Program-made: the position numbers and the translations under genes
Notes under the pieces: generated by a model
The model's database searches: none
Told to the model about the DNA's origin: nothing
What the model saw: only the letters and a program-made list of their open reading frames with translations
In this document: positions 31,348 through 41,559 of the stretch, in pieces
Layout: each line of letters opens with the position of its first letter
How positions within the stretch are numbered: the first letter of the stretch is position 1
Assembly (NCBI GenBank): GCA_963827655.1
Contig: CAWHCF010000014.1
Location: 86,424-150,423, forward strand
Reading direction: 5' to 3'
DNA: 64,000 nt
Source: an uncultured Acidobacteriota bacterium
Lineage (GTDB): Bacteria; Acidobacteriota; UBA6911

Positions 31348-32595
31348 ATGCCGCGCACGAACTCAATCGAGATCATTCGCAAAACGCTGGATCTTGCCGG
31401 CCACGAGCTGCAGATCCTGCATCAGATCAGCCAGACCATAAGCTGCAGCCTTGACCCGGACCAGATCCTGCGGCACATCATCGACCTGGTGGTCGACGTC
31501 ACGCGCGGAGATTCCTGCCTCCTGTACCTGCTCGACGAGACCGAACAGTCACTCATCCTGAGGGCTTCCAAGAACCCTCACCCCCGGATCATTGGCAACA
31601 TCTCGCTCAAGGTCGGCGAGGGGATCACCGGTTGGGTGGCGCGTGAGGCCAAACCGGTGGCGATTCCCAGGCATGCGAGCAAGGATGCCCGCTTCAAGTT
31701 CTTTCATAATCTGCCGGAGGACCGTTACGAAGCCTTTCTCTCGGTTCCCATCATCGCACCCACCGATCGCATGATCGGAGTCATCAACGTGCAGCATCGG
31801 CGGGCGCATCGCCACACCGAACAGGAAATAACCCTCCTGTCGATAATCGGACATCAGGTCGGAGGGGCAATCGAAAATGCCCGCCTCTATCAGGAGACGA
31901 GCCGCCGGGCGCAGCATCTTTCGGCGCTGGCGCAGGTCGGGCAGATCATCGTCTCCGGGAAATACCTCGAGGAAATGCTGCAGCTCATCGTCAGCTTCGT
32001 GACCGAAATGATGCCGGCCCGCGTCTGCTCGATCATGCTGGTGGATCGGAAAAAGAACGAACTGGTGCTGAAGGCGGCAAAGTGCTCCAGCCAGGAGTAC
32101 TGGCAGCGACCCAACCTGAAGATCGGACGGAGTCTTATCAGCCGGGTCGTCAAAGAAAAACGGCCGCTGATTGTCCGCGACGTAACCCATGAGGTCGAGT
32201 ATCGCTATCCGGAGCTAGCCAAAAGGGAAGGTGTGCGCTCTCTCCTGTCGGTCCCGATGATCGTCAAGGACCATGTCATCGGCGTGATCAATATTTATGC
32301 CGCCGAGGAACGCGAGTTCTCCGATGAGGAAGTCCGCCTGCTCTCGACCGTGGCCGACCAGGCAGCCCTGGCAATCGAAAACACGAAGTTGATGGTGGAG
32401 GCGCAGGAGAGCCAGGAAGCTCTTCATGCGCGCAAGCTGGTCGACCGGGCCAAGAGCATCCTGCAACGCCAGGCGCAGCTTTCTGAGGACGAGGCTTACC
32501 GGCGGCTCCAGGAACAGAGCATGCGCACACGGCGCTCGATGCGGGAGATTGCCGAAGCCGTCATTCTCGCCCACGAAATGCAGACCAACCGCTAG
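31348..32595 (+). CDS. GAF-GAF-ANTAR RNA-binding antiterminator
   Basis: Two GAF repeats (GEGITGWVA...FLSVPI...IGVINV; LLSVPM...VIGVINI). C-terminal ANTAR RKLVDRAKSIL...SEDEAYRRLQEQSM...MREIAEAVI. Confidence 0.92.
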   Translation: MPRTNSIEIIRKTLDLAGHELQILHQISQTISCSLDPDQILRHIIDLVVDVTRGDSCLLYLLDETEQSLILRASKNPHPRIIGNISLKVGEGITGWVAREAKPVAIPRHASKDARFKFFHNLPEDRYEAFLSVPIIAPTDRMIGVINVQHRRAHRHTEQEITLLSIIGHQVGGAIENARLYQETSRRAQHLSALAQVGQIIVSGKYLEEMLQLIVSFVTEMMPARVCSIMLVDRKKNELVLKAAKCSSQEYWQRPNLKIGRSLISRVVKEKRPLIVRDVTHEVEYRYPELAKREGVRSLLSVPMIVKDHVIGVINIYAAEEREFSDEEVRLLSTVADQAALAIENTKLMVEAQESQEALHARKLVDRAKSILQRQAQLSEDEAYRRLQEQSMRTRRSMREIAEAVILAHEMQTNR

Positions 32596-32626
32596 TGTTT
32601 CTTCGTGTCTTCGAGAAACGCTAAGA
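32592..32626. repeat. CACGAAGA-family repeat between convergent genes
   Basis: CTAGTGTTTCTTCGTGTCTTCGAGAAACGCTAAG; both flanking stop codons lie at its ends. Confidence 0.8.
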
Positions 32627-33838
32627 ACCTGGTACTTTCGCGATTACGATCGTCGTATCGTCCTCGGGCTGCGCTCTTCCACTGAAGCGACTCAGCTCCC
32701 CATAGATTTGCTCGCACAGCTCTCGCGCGCCGAGCATCGCATGAGCCCGCACGAAAGTCTCGAGTCGCTCTGTCTCGAACATCTCCCCTTCCACGCTCTC
32801 CGTCTCGACCACTCCGTCGGTGTAAAGAACCAGGGTGTCTCCCGGCAGGAGATCGATGAAGCGCTCGTTGTACGCTGCTCCCGCAAGAATACCCAGGACG
32901 GGCCCGCCACTCGAGAGATAGCGCCGACGGCCGTCGGCGCGCAAAAGGATTGCGGGATGATGCCCGGCGCTGCTGTAGGTCAGGCGGCGACGCCCGGTAT
33001 CCAGTACTCCATAGAAGGCCGAGACGAACTGGTTGTCCTTGAGCCACTCCTTCAGCAGGTTGTTTACCTTGGCAAAGATGGTTCGGATCGCGTAGTTGTT
33101 TCGGATCTCAGCTCGCAAAAACGCGCGAAAACTGGCCATGATCAGCGAAGCCGGGATGCCTTTACCGACCACGTCGGCTATCACAATCCCAAGATGCCCC
33201 TCCACGATGGGAATGAAATCGAAGTAGTCGCCCCCGATCTCCTCCGAGGGAATGTAGATGCCACTGAGGTCGAGACCGGAGAGTGTTGGAGCGCCCGTCG
33301 GCAGCAGGCTTAACTGCACGTCTCGAGCGATTCTCAATTGCTCACCGAGTCGCCGCTTTTCAGCCATTCCCTGGTAGATCGCAGCCTTGGCAAGGGAGAT
33401 GGCGGCTTGCGAAGCGACCACCGACAGCCATTCCAGGTCCTGCCGGTTGAAGCCGTCAGGTCGATTGCTTTCCAGTTTGAATGCGCCCAGAACCTTTTCC
33501 TGATTCACAATCGGCACAGTCAGCTGGCTGCGCGTCGCTTTCTCAGGCTGCGACATGTTTTCCACCAGGATGGCCTCACCCGTTTCAAGCACCTTCCGGA
33601 CCATCCCTCCCACCTTCTCCAGGCTAAGCTCGGGTTGATCGAGTCCGCTGGAGTTCCGCCCGGCGACGCGGCTCACGGATCCGTCGTCCTGGTTAAGGAC
33701 GTAGATTTCGGCGGAATCGTAAGGGATCACAGTGTGCACCGAATCGACGATGAAGCTCAGGTCCTCGCGCGCATCAAGCGAAGCGCCGAGCTTTTGATTT
33801 ATCGCAAGAAGCACTCGAAGTCTCGATTCGTCCGCCAT
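32621..33838 (-). CDS. GAF + PP2C/SpoIIE (RsbU-like) phosphatase
   Basis: IARDVQLSLLP, IGGDYFD, IADVVGKG, SAGH, LYTDGVVE and DDTT. Confidence 0.92.
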   Translation of the reverse strand: MADESRLRVLLAINQKLGASLDAREDLSFIVDSVHTVIPYDSAEIYVLNQDDGSVSRVAGRNSSGLDQPELSLEKVGGMVRKVLETGEAILVENMSQPEKATRSQLTVPIVNQEKVLGAFKLESNRPDGFNRQDLEWLSVVASQAAISLAKAAIYQGMAEKRRLGEQLRIARDVQLSLLPTGAPTLSGLDLSGIYIPSEEIGGDYFDFIPIVEGHLGIVIADVVGKGIPASLIMASFRAFLRAEIRNNYAIRTIFAKVNNLLKEWLKDNQFVSAFYGVLDTGRRRLTYSSAGHHPAILLRADGRRRYLSSGGPVLGILAGAAYNERFIDLLPGDTLVLYTDGVVETESVEGEMFETERLETFVRAHAMLGARELCEQIYGELSRFSGRAQPEDDTTIVIAKVPGS

Positions 33839-34074
33839 CCCGAAAACCCTGCCTGTCTTGGTCTGTTCCCGGGCGGGCGGTCGTCTCGAACCTGAACCGC
33901 CACGCATGGGAAATACGGATAGTAACATTTGGGCAGGGGTTGCGGGTGGAAGACGTAAAGAATTGCGAGCGCGTGTTACGGAAGGAAATTCGACCTTGCG
34001 TTAGTGTCCCCGCGCCTTCGTGGTCAGGCGCTCACCACGAAGACGCGAAGACGCGCAGGAATGCTTAAGGAACT

Positions 34075-35427
34075 CTAACGCTCCTGACCCATCAGGTAAA
34101 CAAGACCGATGGTCGCGGTCGTCTGGCTGCGGCTCAGGACGCCCGATCGCTTTTCGAAAAAGGGCCGGTCAGACCAATCGCCCCGGTACTCTGCCCGCAT
34201 GAGCAGCGCGCCGCGAGCCTTGAATTCCATGGTGAAGGTCGCTTCCTTGAGCGTCTGAGCCAGGCCGGTAGTAAACCCCTGAGGGTCGTCAAACCACTCT
34301 ACCCGGGGGGCAATGGCAAACCACGGTGTGACGGCGAAGCGGAAGTATCCTGCCACACCCTGCCATCGAACTCTCTCCCCCAGGAGTCGATCCATTCCGT
34401 AGTCATAGTTGAACATCAGCGACAAACGGTCGGTGGCATTCACCGTAAGGATCGTGTCCAGGACGTGGCGGCTGTCGTCGCTGTTGTCGAGCTGCTCGGC
34501 GCCCACAATGTAGTTCTGGATCAGGTTCAGTTTCCTGAAAGGCGTGAAATTGACCGAAAGACCGACGCTCTTTCCGCCATTATTGTCGACCACATTGTTC
34601 CAGCCGTTCACGAGTAATCCCGCCACCGTCAGTTTGTCACCCAAGGGGTACGAGACGCGCGCGCCGAAGTGGTAGTAAGGAATTGCCCATGAGAAGAGCA
34701 GGGATCGCGAATAGTTATAGTTCAAGGGCGTCTCGATCACCTCGGCTCCCATATGGGTGACGAATTTCCCGACGTCCACGCTGAGGCCTTTTCCCAGCGG
34801 CGCCTTGTAGGTCACATAGGCTTGCTGCAGGTACTGGTAGACGTCGGAGCCGCCGGGCTCGGCGGCATGCACGAACTTGGCGGTGTCGCCGAAATTCAGG
34901 TCCAACCGGAATCCCAGCGGGTCTGCTTTCCGCTCCATCGCGAGCTCGATCAGGTTCAGGCTGAACTGGTTATGATTGAGGTCGAAATTCCGTAACGGGT
35001 TCTTCCGGCTCGGTGGGCGGTTGAAGTTGTAACCATAATACGTGTCGGCAAAGCCGCTGAATTCGATCTTGTCAAAAAACGAGGCTCTGTTGCCGGCAGG
35101 CGGGGCAGGATCGGCCTTAGCCGGCTCTGCGGTCGAGCCATTCGCTCCCTCGGCAATCACAGCTTCCGGCGCTTTCCCGTTATCCTGGCTTGCCGAGCCT
35201 CGACCCTCCAGTTCCCGGAGGCGAGCCTCCAGCACGCGAATGGTTTCCTCCAGACTGCTGATCCGTTCCTCGGTCGAGGCTGCTTTGGATGCGGAGCCGG
35301 TTGGAGTGTTTCCTGCAGTGGCAGCCTCATCCGGGGATGGATGCGCCCGGAGAGTCGTGAGGTTCAGACCTGCAAAGAAAAGCAGCAGTAACGAAAGCTC
35401 TATCAGACTTCGTCTTGCTAAAAACAT
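34075..35427 (-). CDS. outer-membrane beta-barrel porin (BBP2/OmpL-like)
   Basis: Signal peptide, coiled coil, FSGFADTYY.YNFN, GKFVTHMGAEVI, NYNYSRS.LF...PYYHFG and NGWN. Confidence 0.82.
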   Translation of the reverse strand: MFLARRSLIELSLLLLFFAGLNLTTLRAHPSPDEAATAGNTPTGSASKAASTEERISSLEETIRVLEARLRELEGRGSASQDNGKAPEAVIAEGANGSTAEPAKADPAPPAGNRASFFDKIEFSGFADTYYGYNFNRPPSRKNPLRNFDLNHNQFSLNLIELAMERKADPLGFRLDLNFGDTAKFVHAAEPGGSDVYQYLQQAYVTYKAPLGKGLSVDVGKFVTHMGAEVIETPLNYNYSRSLLFSWAIPYYHFGARVSYPLGDKLTVAGLLVNGWNNVVDNNGGKSVGLSVNFTPFRKLNLIQNYIVGAEQLDNSDDSRHVLDTILTVNATDRLSLMFNYDYGMDRLLGERVRWQGVAGYFRFAVTPWFAIAPRVEWFDDPQGFTTGLAQTLKEATFTMEFKARGALLMRAEYRGDWSDRPFFEKRSGVLSRSQTTATIGLVYLMGQER

Positions 35428-35654
35428 GGACCGCCTCTCTTCTGAAGAGGCAGGGCGGATACTCGGACGAGCCTTGCAGCTTCAAGCGCGGATCGGGTAT
35501 GTGATAGGATTCCCGTCACGAGAAACTGGCCCTGCCAGTTGATCGCCTAGAGACGAGGGGGAAGGCCGACCAGACACTCTCCCTCGCCTCACCTCAACGC
35601 CATCAGGCCATTACCTGAGATCGCCTGCCTTCTCGGGACTGGAGACGACAGGGC

Positions 35655-35730
35655 AAAAAAAAACGTCTGCAAGCCGAGAGATCTCCTCTTCGGCTTGAAG
35701 ACGTCGTCGTCAGAATATGACTTCGGTGTC
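35655..35730 (-). promoter_or_regulatory. ANTAR dual-hairpin attenuator, module 2
   Basis: Minus strand: GAC-ACCGAA-GUC, a 7-nt linker, then GAC-GACGAC-GUC overlapping the terminator ACGUCUUCAAGCCGA...UCGGCUUGCAGACGU plus U-tract. Confidence 0.82.
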
Positions 35731-35732
35731 GT

Positions 35733-35810
35733 AAAAGAAAAAAGTCTTCAAACCCGGCTCGGGGCTCGAAGACTTCGTCGTCTCTCCGTCAGCGATACGT
35801 CCTTGTATCG
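35733..35810 (-). promoter_or_regulatory. ANTAR dual-hairpin attenuator, module 1
   Basis: Minus strand: CGAUAC-AAGGAC-GUAUCG, a linker, then AGAC-GACGAA-GUCU overlapping the terminator AAGUCUUCGAGCCC...GGGUUUGAAGACUU-UUUUCUUUU. Confidence 0.85.
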
Positions 35811-35819
35811 TTGGCGCAT

Positions 35820-35848
35820 CTTTTAAGCTCTATCGCGCCGGGAGTCAA
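35820..35848 (-). promoter_or_regulatory. sigma70-type promoter of the porin leader
   Basis: TTGACT-N17-TAAAAG immediately upstream of the first ANTAR hairpin. Confidence 0.6.
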
Positions 35849-35883
35849 GAGAATTGTGCAGGGAAGTAACTTGACCGCGAAGA

Positions 35884-38400
35884 CTATCGGAGGGTCACGA
35901 AGAAAGGGCTTCCCCAAGCCATCTCGGGATCCCGCTCAGGCGCCTCGACATCCTTCTGAATGACCCGGACGTAATAGTAATGTTTTCCCGAAGGCGCTTC
36001 CGTATCCTGGTAGCTTCCGCGAAATTCCCTGCCCTTCCCCGGCACCGTGTAGACCACTTTGCCATCGCGCACCAGGTCGACGCGCACGAGATCGTTGCGC
36101 GCCCGCACAAAAATCTTCAGGCTCGGCTTCGCCGTCAGCTCGAATTCCTCTCCCATCGCGTGGTCGTTCATCGAGGCATCCAGAATAATGTCGTCGGAAG
36201 CGGCAAAGGTCCGTCGTGCCAGCATCGCGTCGATGATTCCGCCGCGCGTCGCTTCTTTCACGTAGACACAGGCGTAGGAATTATGCGTGGAGAAGTGATC
36301 CGAGCTCGCGATGAACCCGTATCGATATCCTTTGTTGAGGGCGTCCTGGGCGAAGGTTCCCGACTCTTTCAGCTGCGACTGTCCCCGTTTTTCACCCTGA
36401 ACGGCTTCAGCCGTTTCGTACGAGCTGCGCGCCCCCTGATAGATTTCAAGCACCGGTTCGAACGCCGGATTCTCCCAATCCCAGCGGCCGATCGACTGCG
36501 TGGTTTCGGCGAATGTGTGCGGGATGATTACAGCTTTTTGCGCCGAACCATTTCTGAGTACGCCGCGCATCCACTCCCACAAGCGCTCCGGCAGATTATC
36601 CTCCTTCACCCGCTCGCGATCCACCAGGCGCAACGGCGCGCCGCGCCGGAGAAAAACGATGTTGCGATGACCGCTCGGCGTCGCGAGGGAATGCTCGTAC
36701 GCATACATGCCGTTGAAGGCCGGAGGATTCGAAAACATGTCCGCAGCCTTTTGAGTCCACCACCATTGATAGTCCCTCAGTCCGTCGGGCCAGCGGCCCC
36801 CGGTCGCCTGGTTATGATCGGTGGTACCGAGAAAATCCAGCTCGGCGGCGTCGAGGGCGTACCGGTAGGTGTCAAGAATTGATCCGTCGACGCCATTGTG
36901 TCCGCGAATGTCGGTATGCCGGTGAAGATCGCCATACAGGAGCTGGTAGCGCTGCCCCCCTATGTTAGTACTGTAGCGCGAGCGCGGCACGGCGGCAGGG
37001 CGCTCCTTTTCCGGCACGACGGTCTGAAGCGCGGGGCCAGGCGCCGCCGGGCCAGGCGGAAGCGACGCACTGTAGATCCGATAGGTGCGCGCTTTTTCCG
37101 ATGAGGGAGATTGCTGAGGTTGGTCGCGGCCATCGCTGGAATAGACTACCTGAACCGTGCCGTCTTTCCCCAGCGCGACCGCCGCGCGCTGGGAGTTCTG
37201 GCCCGCGCTGTTTTGGAGCTGAGCCGGAGCCGTCCAGCCATTTCCATTCCAGCGAGTGGCGTAGAAGTGGTAGATCTCGCTGGGTGCCGCGCTGGTCCAG
37301 TGGCGGAAAACCAGCACGGGCCGGTCATTCCCATCAAATGCCAGAAGCGGGAGTTCGGCGAAGCGCTCCATGCGGCCGGTCAGAACAGTCGAGACCGCGC
37401 TGGCCGGCTCCGCCAGCCCGTCACGCGAGTGAATCCGAATTCCGATCCTGCGTGACTGATGCAATCCTCCGCTTCCAGGGGCCGCAGTCTTGCTGCCTTG
37501 CGAGAAGTCCTTGCCCCAATTCTCGCCGGCAATATCGTAGACCACCCAGAGCCTGCCCTGCGAGTCGCAGGCGGCAGAGGCATGAAATTCGGCCTGGAGC
37601 GAATCGGCCACCGGCACAACCGGGCCCAGCTTTCCCCGGTCGAGGCTGCGCGCGTAGACGTTGTAATCGCCCGTCTGGTACGAATCCCAGGCGATGTAGA
37701 CCATACCGCCGGAGTCAACCGCCAGGGCCGGCTCCCAATCGTTGGCGTCGCTGGACGAGACCCGGATGTCGCTGCTCCACTGGTCCCCTTTCAGCTGGCG
37801 CGCAAGAATATCCGATTTCCCGTTTCGGAATGCCTGCCAGGCCAACGTGATCGTTCCCGCGCGATCCGCGATCAGCCTGGGATTGACATCGGACCCTGCT
37901 GCGTTCGTCAAACGCCGGGGCGTCCCGGCTTTCCCGTCAGGCTCAATCCAGGCCGCGTAAACCTCCCAGTCTTCACCGGCGCGCCCTGACCAGGCACAAA
38001 GAAGACGTTCTCCGCGGGCGGCCATGACGGGGCCGTGGTGAGCCGCATTCCCATCGTTCACGATAATCGAGGGACGACTCCGCTCCCACCTCGGGTTGCG
38101 AACGACCACCCGGTCGGAATCTCTGCCATCCCATTCCACCCACGAAGCCCAGAGCTCTCCGGCAGCCGTGGACACCAGCGATGGGAAGTCGGATTGATCC
38201 TCCGTGATCGAGACCTGACTGGACGCGATCACCGGATACTGTCTCTGTTCGGCCGCCGGGGTGGCTTGTCGTGGCTGCTGAACGGCCTCCACCTCCGCAG
38301 CCTGATCGCGCTTGATGGCACTCGAACTATTGTGCGACAGAAGCTGCCAGCCGGCACTCAGGATCAACAGCACAAAGGCGAACACGACACGTCCAAGCAT
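35884..38400 (-). CDS. secreted beta-propeller + PHP-like metallohydrolase (DUF3604/CehA-McbA-like)
   Basis: Signal peptide, repeated blade motifs, GDLHRHTD, TDHN, GHRN, EIYQG and ASSDH; paralog at 57720-60677. Confidence 0.75.
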   Translation of the reverse strand: MLGRVVFAFVLLILSAGWQLLSHNSSSAIKRDQAAEVEAVQQPRQATPAAEQRQYPVIASSQVSITEDQSDFPSLVSTAAGELWASWVEWDGRDSDRVVVRNPRWERSRPSIIVNDGNAAHHGPVMAARGERLLCAWSGRAGEDWEVYAAWIEPDGKAGTPRRLTNAAGSDVNPRLIADRAGTITLAWQAFRNGKSDILARQLKGDQWSSDIRVSSSDANDWEPALAVDSGGMVYIAWDSYQTGDYNVYARSLDRGKLGPVVPVADSLQAEFHASAACDSQGRLWVVYDIAGENWGKDFSQGSKTAAPGSGGLHQSRRIGIRIHSRDGLAEPASAVSTVLTGRMERFAELPLLAFDGNDRPVLVFRHWTSAAPSEIYHFYATRWNGNGWTAPAQLQNSAGQNSQRAAVALGKDGTVQVVYSSDGRDQPQQSPSSEKARTYRIYSASLPPGPAAPGPALQTVVPEKERPAAVPRSRYSTNIGGQRYQLLYGDLHRHTDIRGHNGVDGSILDTYRYALDAAELDFLGTTDHNQATGGRWPDGLRDYQWWWTQKAADMFSNPPAFNGMYAYEHSLATPSGHRNIVFLRRGAPLRLVDRERVKEDNLPERLWEWMRGVLRNGSAQKAVIIPHTFAETTQSIGRWDWENPAFEPVLEIYQGARSSYETAEAVQGEKRGQSQLKESGTFAQDALNKGYRYGFIASSDHFSTHNSYACVYVKEATRGGIIDAMLARRTFAASDDIILDASMNDHAMGEEFELTAKPSLKIFVRARNDLVRVDLVRDGKVVYTVPGKGREFRGSYQDTEAPSGKHYYYVRVIQKDVEAPERDPEMAWGSPFFVTLR

Positions 38401-38527
38401 AGGAGTTCCTCCTTAGTTCAGCGAGTCACAATTACGCTAACTGTATTTGGATCGGCGCATGTCCACTCGCCCTAGCACGTGAAACACCAAGGTCTGCACT
38501 GAATTATGCGGCCCTTAGCGGTGAACC

Positions 38528-39717
38528 TTATCTCGAATCGCCTGGGCTAAGCTTGATGAGCGCTCGCGCGCCGGCGCGAAGACCGTCGAGCGTGAGCTCG
38601 TACATCGGAAAGATCCGGCGAATAGCCTCCGTCGTCGGAATGGAGTTCCACCATCTCTTCGGCTCGGGGTTCAGCCAGATGGCTTTCTTGAACCGCTTGC
38701 GGATATCCTGCAGCCATTCAATGCCGGGACGATCGTTCCGATACCAGTAATCGATGGCCCCATTGGGCGACATCAACTCGCTCGGGGCCATGTAGGCGTC
38801 CCCCACGAGAAGCACCTTATAGCTGCGGTCCGTTTGCTCCAGTACCCGGCGGGTTGGAATGCTCTTGCGCTGCCCGATGTCGGTATACAGGTCCTGGTAA
38901 ATGCAGTTGTGGAAATAGTAGAACTTCAGCTCGCGCACGATGTCTCTGGCAGCCGAAAACAACCGGCTCACGATTTCCGCGTGAGGCGTCATGGTTCCTC
39001 CCGCGTCCATTAACAACAGCAGCTTGATTTTCTTCTTTCGGGTGCGATCCCAGACGAACTCCAGTTCTCCGGCGTTCCGGCTCGTGGCATCAATCGTACG
39101 GTCCAGATCCAGCTGGTCCTTGGGCCCGTCCCGAACCATCTGGCGAAGGTAGCTGAGGGCCATTTTCAAGGAGCGAGTGTCGAGCAGGATATCGTCGCGG
39201 TAGTTCTCGAACGCGCGCCGCTCGGCGATTTTGACGGCGCTGCCCATCCGCCCCGCTCCCTGGCCCAGCCGCACCGCGGCAGGATTGAATCCGCCCGCCC
39301 CCTGGGTCGACTTGCCCCGCACGCCGATAGCCCGGTTCCCCCCTTCGTGCCGGGCGAAGTTCCTGCCCCGCAGCTGCTCGAGGAAATTGGCCTCGATCTG
39401 CGCCAGCTCCAACTTCTCGACCAGCGCCTTCTCCTCTTCCGTCAGTTCCAGGGGAGGAAGCCTCAGCATCTCGGCCTCGACAAGTTTGACCAGTTCCTCG
39501 GTCGATTCGATGTGACGGAAACACTCGAGGAAAGCCCGGTCATACTGTCGAAATGGGCCTCACTCTTGACCAGGATGGACCGCGCCAGGTAATAGAACCG
39601 GACCAGTGAGCTATCCGCCAGATTCTCGGATAGCGCGCGCTGCAGCAGCAGCCACTCATTGAAGGTGACGGGAACGCCGTGCTTGCGCAAGGCCCGGAAG
39701 AGATTGATGAACATCAC
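38528..39717 (-). CDS. VWA-domain (CoxE-like) MoxR partner (-1 frameshift near 39546)
   Basis: FYYLAR..LVKSE.HFD, ELDLD-like QLDLDRTI, MIDAS-like LMDAGGTM, YYFHNCIY, VGDAYM and WLNPEP. Confidence 0.85.
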
Positions 39718-39793
39718 ACGCCCCTGAATTGCCGGCTGCAGTGGGACGAACCGCTTTCTTGGAGTCTTCGCGGCTTCGCGGTAAAAATCGAAT

Positions 39794-40597
39794 TCAATGG
39801 ACGGCGAATTTATCCACGTCCTCTTCCATTTTCAGCAGCACGCCGAGGAAGGGCAGCCGGCGGTTGAGTTCCTCTTCGGTAATGCCCGCCGCGGTCACGG
39901 CCTGGATCCAGTCGAGCAGCTCGCTGGTCGACGGTCGTTTCTTCAAGTCGTGTTTCTGACGGACAAAATAGAATCGGGCAATGATCTGCGAAATGAGGGT
40001 ATGGCGCAGTCCGGGGAAGTGTACGTCGGCAATCCGCTGCATCATGGCAGGATCGGGAAACTCGATGTAGTGGAAGAGGCAGCGGCGCAGGAACGCGTCC
40101 GGCAATTCCTTCTCGCTGTTGCTGGTGATCACTACGATGGGGCGGCGCTTCGCCTTGAAGTGATCCCCGGTCTCGATAATGTCGAAGCTCATCTGATCCA
40201 GCTCGTACAGCAGATCGTTGGGAAACTCCAGGTCGGCTTTGTCGATCTCGTCAATGAGCAGCACGACCTGGTTTTCAGACCTCAGGGCCCGCCCGAGTTT
40301 TCCCAGCCTGATGTATTGCCTGATATCGGAGACATCCTTATCGTGAAATCGGGAGTCATTCAATCGCTGCACCGTGTCGTACACGTACAATCCCTCGCTG
40401 GCCTTGGACGTCGACTTGATATTCCAGGTAATGAGCTCCAACCCGAGATCGTCCGCAATGACGCGCGCCAGCTCAGTCTTGCCGGTACCGGGCTCTCCCT
40501 TCAGAAGCAACGGGCGCTGAAGGACGATGGCGGCATTCACGATCTCCCGCAAAGCGTCGCTGAGGATATAGGTATCTGTCCCTTTGAATCGTTCCAT
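39794..40597 (-). CDS. MoxR-family AAA+ ATPase
   Basis: GEPGTGKT, VLLIDEIDKAD and TSNSEKELPDAFLRRC. Confidence 0.93.
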   Translation of the reverse strand: MERFKGTDTYILSDALREIVNAAIVLQRPLLLKGEPGTGKTELARVIADDLGLELITWNIKSTSKASEGLYVYDTVQRLNDSRFHDKDVSDIRQYIRLGKLGRALRSENQVVLLIDEIDKADLEFPNDLLYELDQMSFDIIETGDHFKAKRRPIVVITSNSEKELPDAFLRRCLFHYIEFPDPAMMQRIADVHFPGLRHTLISQIIARFYFVRQKHDLKKRPSTSELLDWIQAVTAAGITEEELNRRLPFLGVLLKMEEDVDKFAVH

Positions 40598-41559
40598 AAA
40601 GTCTTAACCGGACGTCTCGCGCTTTTTCCCGGCACGCACCATCCGCCCCGCTTTATCCGGAAAACCCGGGAACCGGTGTGGGAGCTCCCTTTGGCAAGCG
40701 CGGCGCGGCGAAGGATGCGATCGGCCGCCGCGCGATGAGGGTTATCGATAAGCTGACCATCGAGCGTCGAGAGCGCGCGCCCGCGCGTCTCGGCCTGGTT
40801 CAATTCCGCGACGACTTTTTCGGCCCAGGCGATCTCGTCTGAAGTCACATCAAAAATCTCGTTAATGACTTCGAGCTGCGCCGGGTGAAGCGCATTCTTG
40901 CCGTCGAATCCGATCCGGCGCGCCTGCGTTGCTTCCCGCCGGAGCCGCTCCTGGTCGCGCAGCTCAAAGCAGGGCGCGTCGATAGCTTCGATGCCGGCGG
41001 CGCGAGCCGCAATGACAATCTGCTCGAGCGCCAGCAGGAGTTCCACGCGATCCTCGCCCGGATGACAGCGCACATCCTTGATGTAGTCGGCCGAACCGAA
41101 GATGAGAGTGGCCAGGCGCGGCGAAGCCGCGGCGATGGCGGGCGCTTGAAGCAGTCCGCGAGCGGACTCGATCATCGCGTGGAATCTCAGTTCTCCTTCG
41201 TCAATACCGTAGCCTTGTTCCAGTTCCAGAACCGCGATGTCGGCCGCGCAAATCTCGGCCGCCGACTCCACCTTGGGAAGGCAAATTCCATCGGGACGGC
41301 ACGGCACGATGGCGGCGAGATCCTTCCGGCCGATTTCGGAATCGATCGAGTTGATTCGCACCACGATCTCTTTCGAACCGAATTCCAGGTTCCGGAGCGA
41401 TTGCGCCACATTTTCGCGCGCCTCATCCTTTTTCGTCAACGCGACCCCGTCCTCGAGGTTGAGCAGGAGCAGGTCGGCTGCGGTTGCCGCCGCCTTGCGC
41501 AGCATCTTCTCGCTGTCTCCAGGGACGTAGAGCGAGCTGCGGCGGAGTCCGGTGATCAT
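40537..41559 (-). CDS. CitE/HpcH-family acyl-CoA lyase (3' end uncertain)
   Basis: RRSSLYVPG, LEDGV, VVRIN, LPKVE, MIES, FGSAD, GFDGK..HP.Q and LDGQLID. Confidence 0.88.
   Translation of the reverse strand: MITGLRRSSLYVPGDSEKMLRKAAATAADLLLLNLEDGVALTKKDEARENVAQSLRNLEFGSKEIVVRINSIDSEIGRKDLAAIVPCRPDGICLPKVESAAEICAADIAVLELEQGYGIDEGELRFHAMIESARGLLQAPAIAAASPRLATLIFGSADYIKDVRCHPGEDRVELLLALEQIVIAARAAGIEAIDAPCFELRDQERLRREATQARRIGFDGKNALHPAQLEVINEIFDVTSDEIAWAEKVVAELNQAETRGRALSTLDGQLIDNPHRAAADRILRRAALAKGSSHTGSRVFRIKRGGWCVPGKSARRPVKTLWNDSKGQIPISSATLCGRS

Noticed and set aside
35428-35650. Third ANTAR module in the porin leader
   Set aside because: The hairpins here lack the C-G-closed hexaloop pair and a U-tract terminator.
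40537-40700. C-terminal extension of CitE overlapping moxR by 61 bp
   Set aside because: The sequence after RILRRA does not look conserved; probably a lost stop or an indel error rather than a functional overlap.
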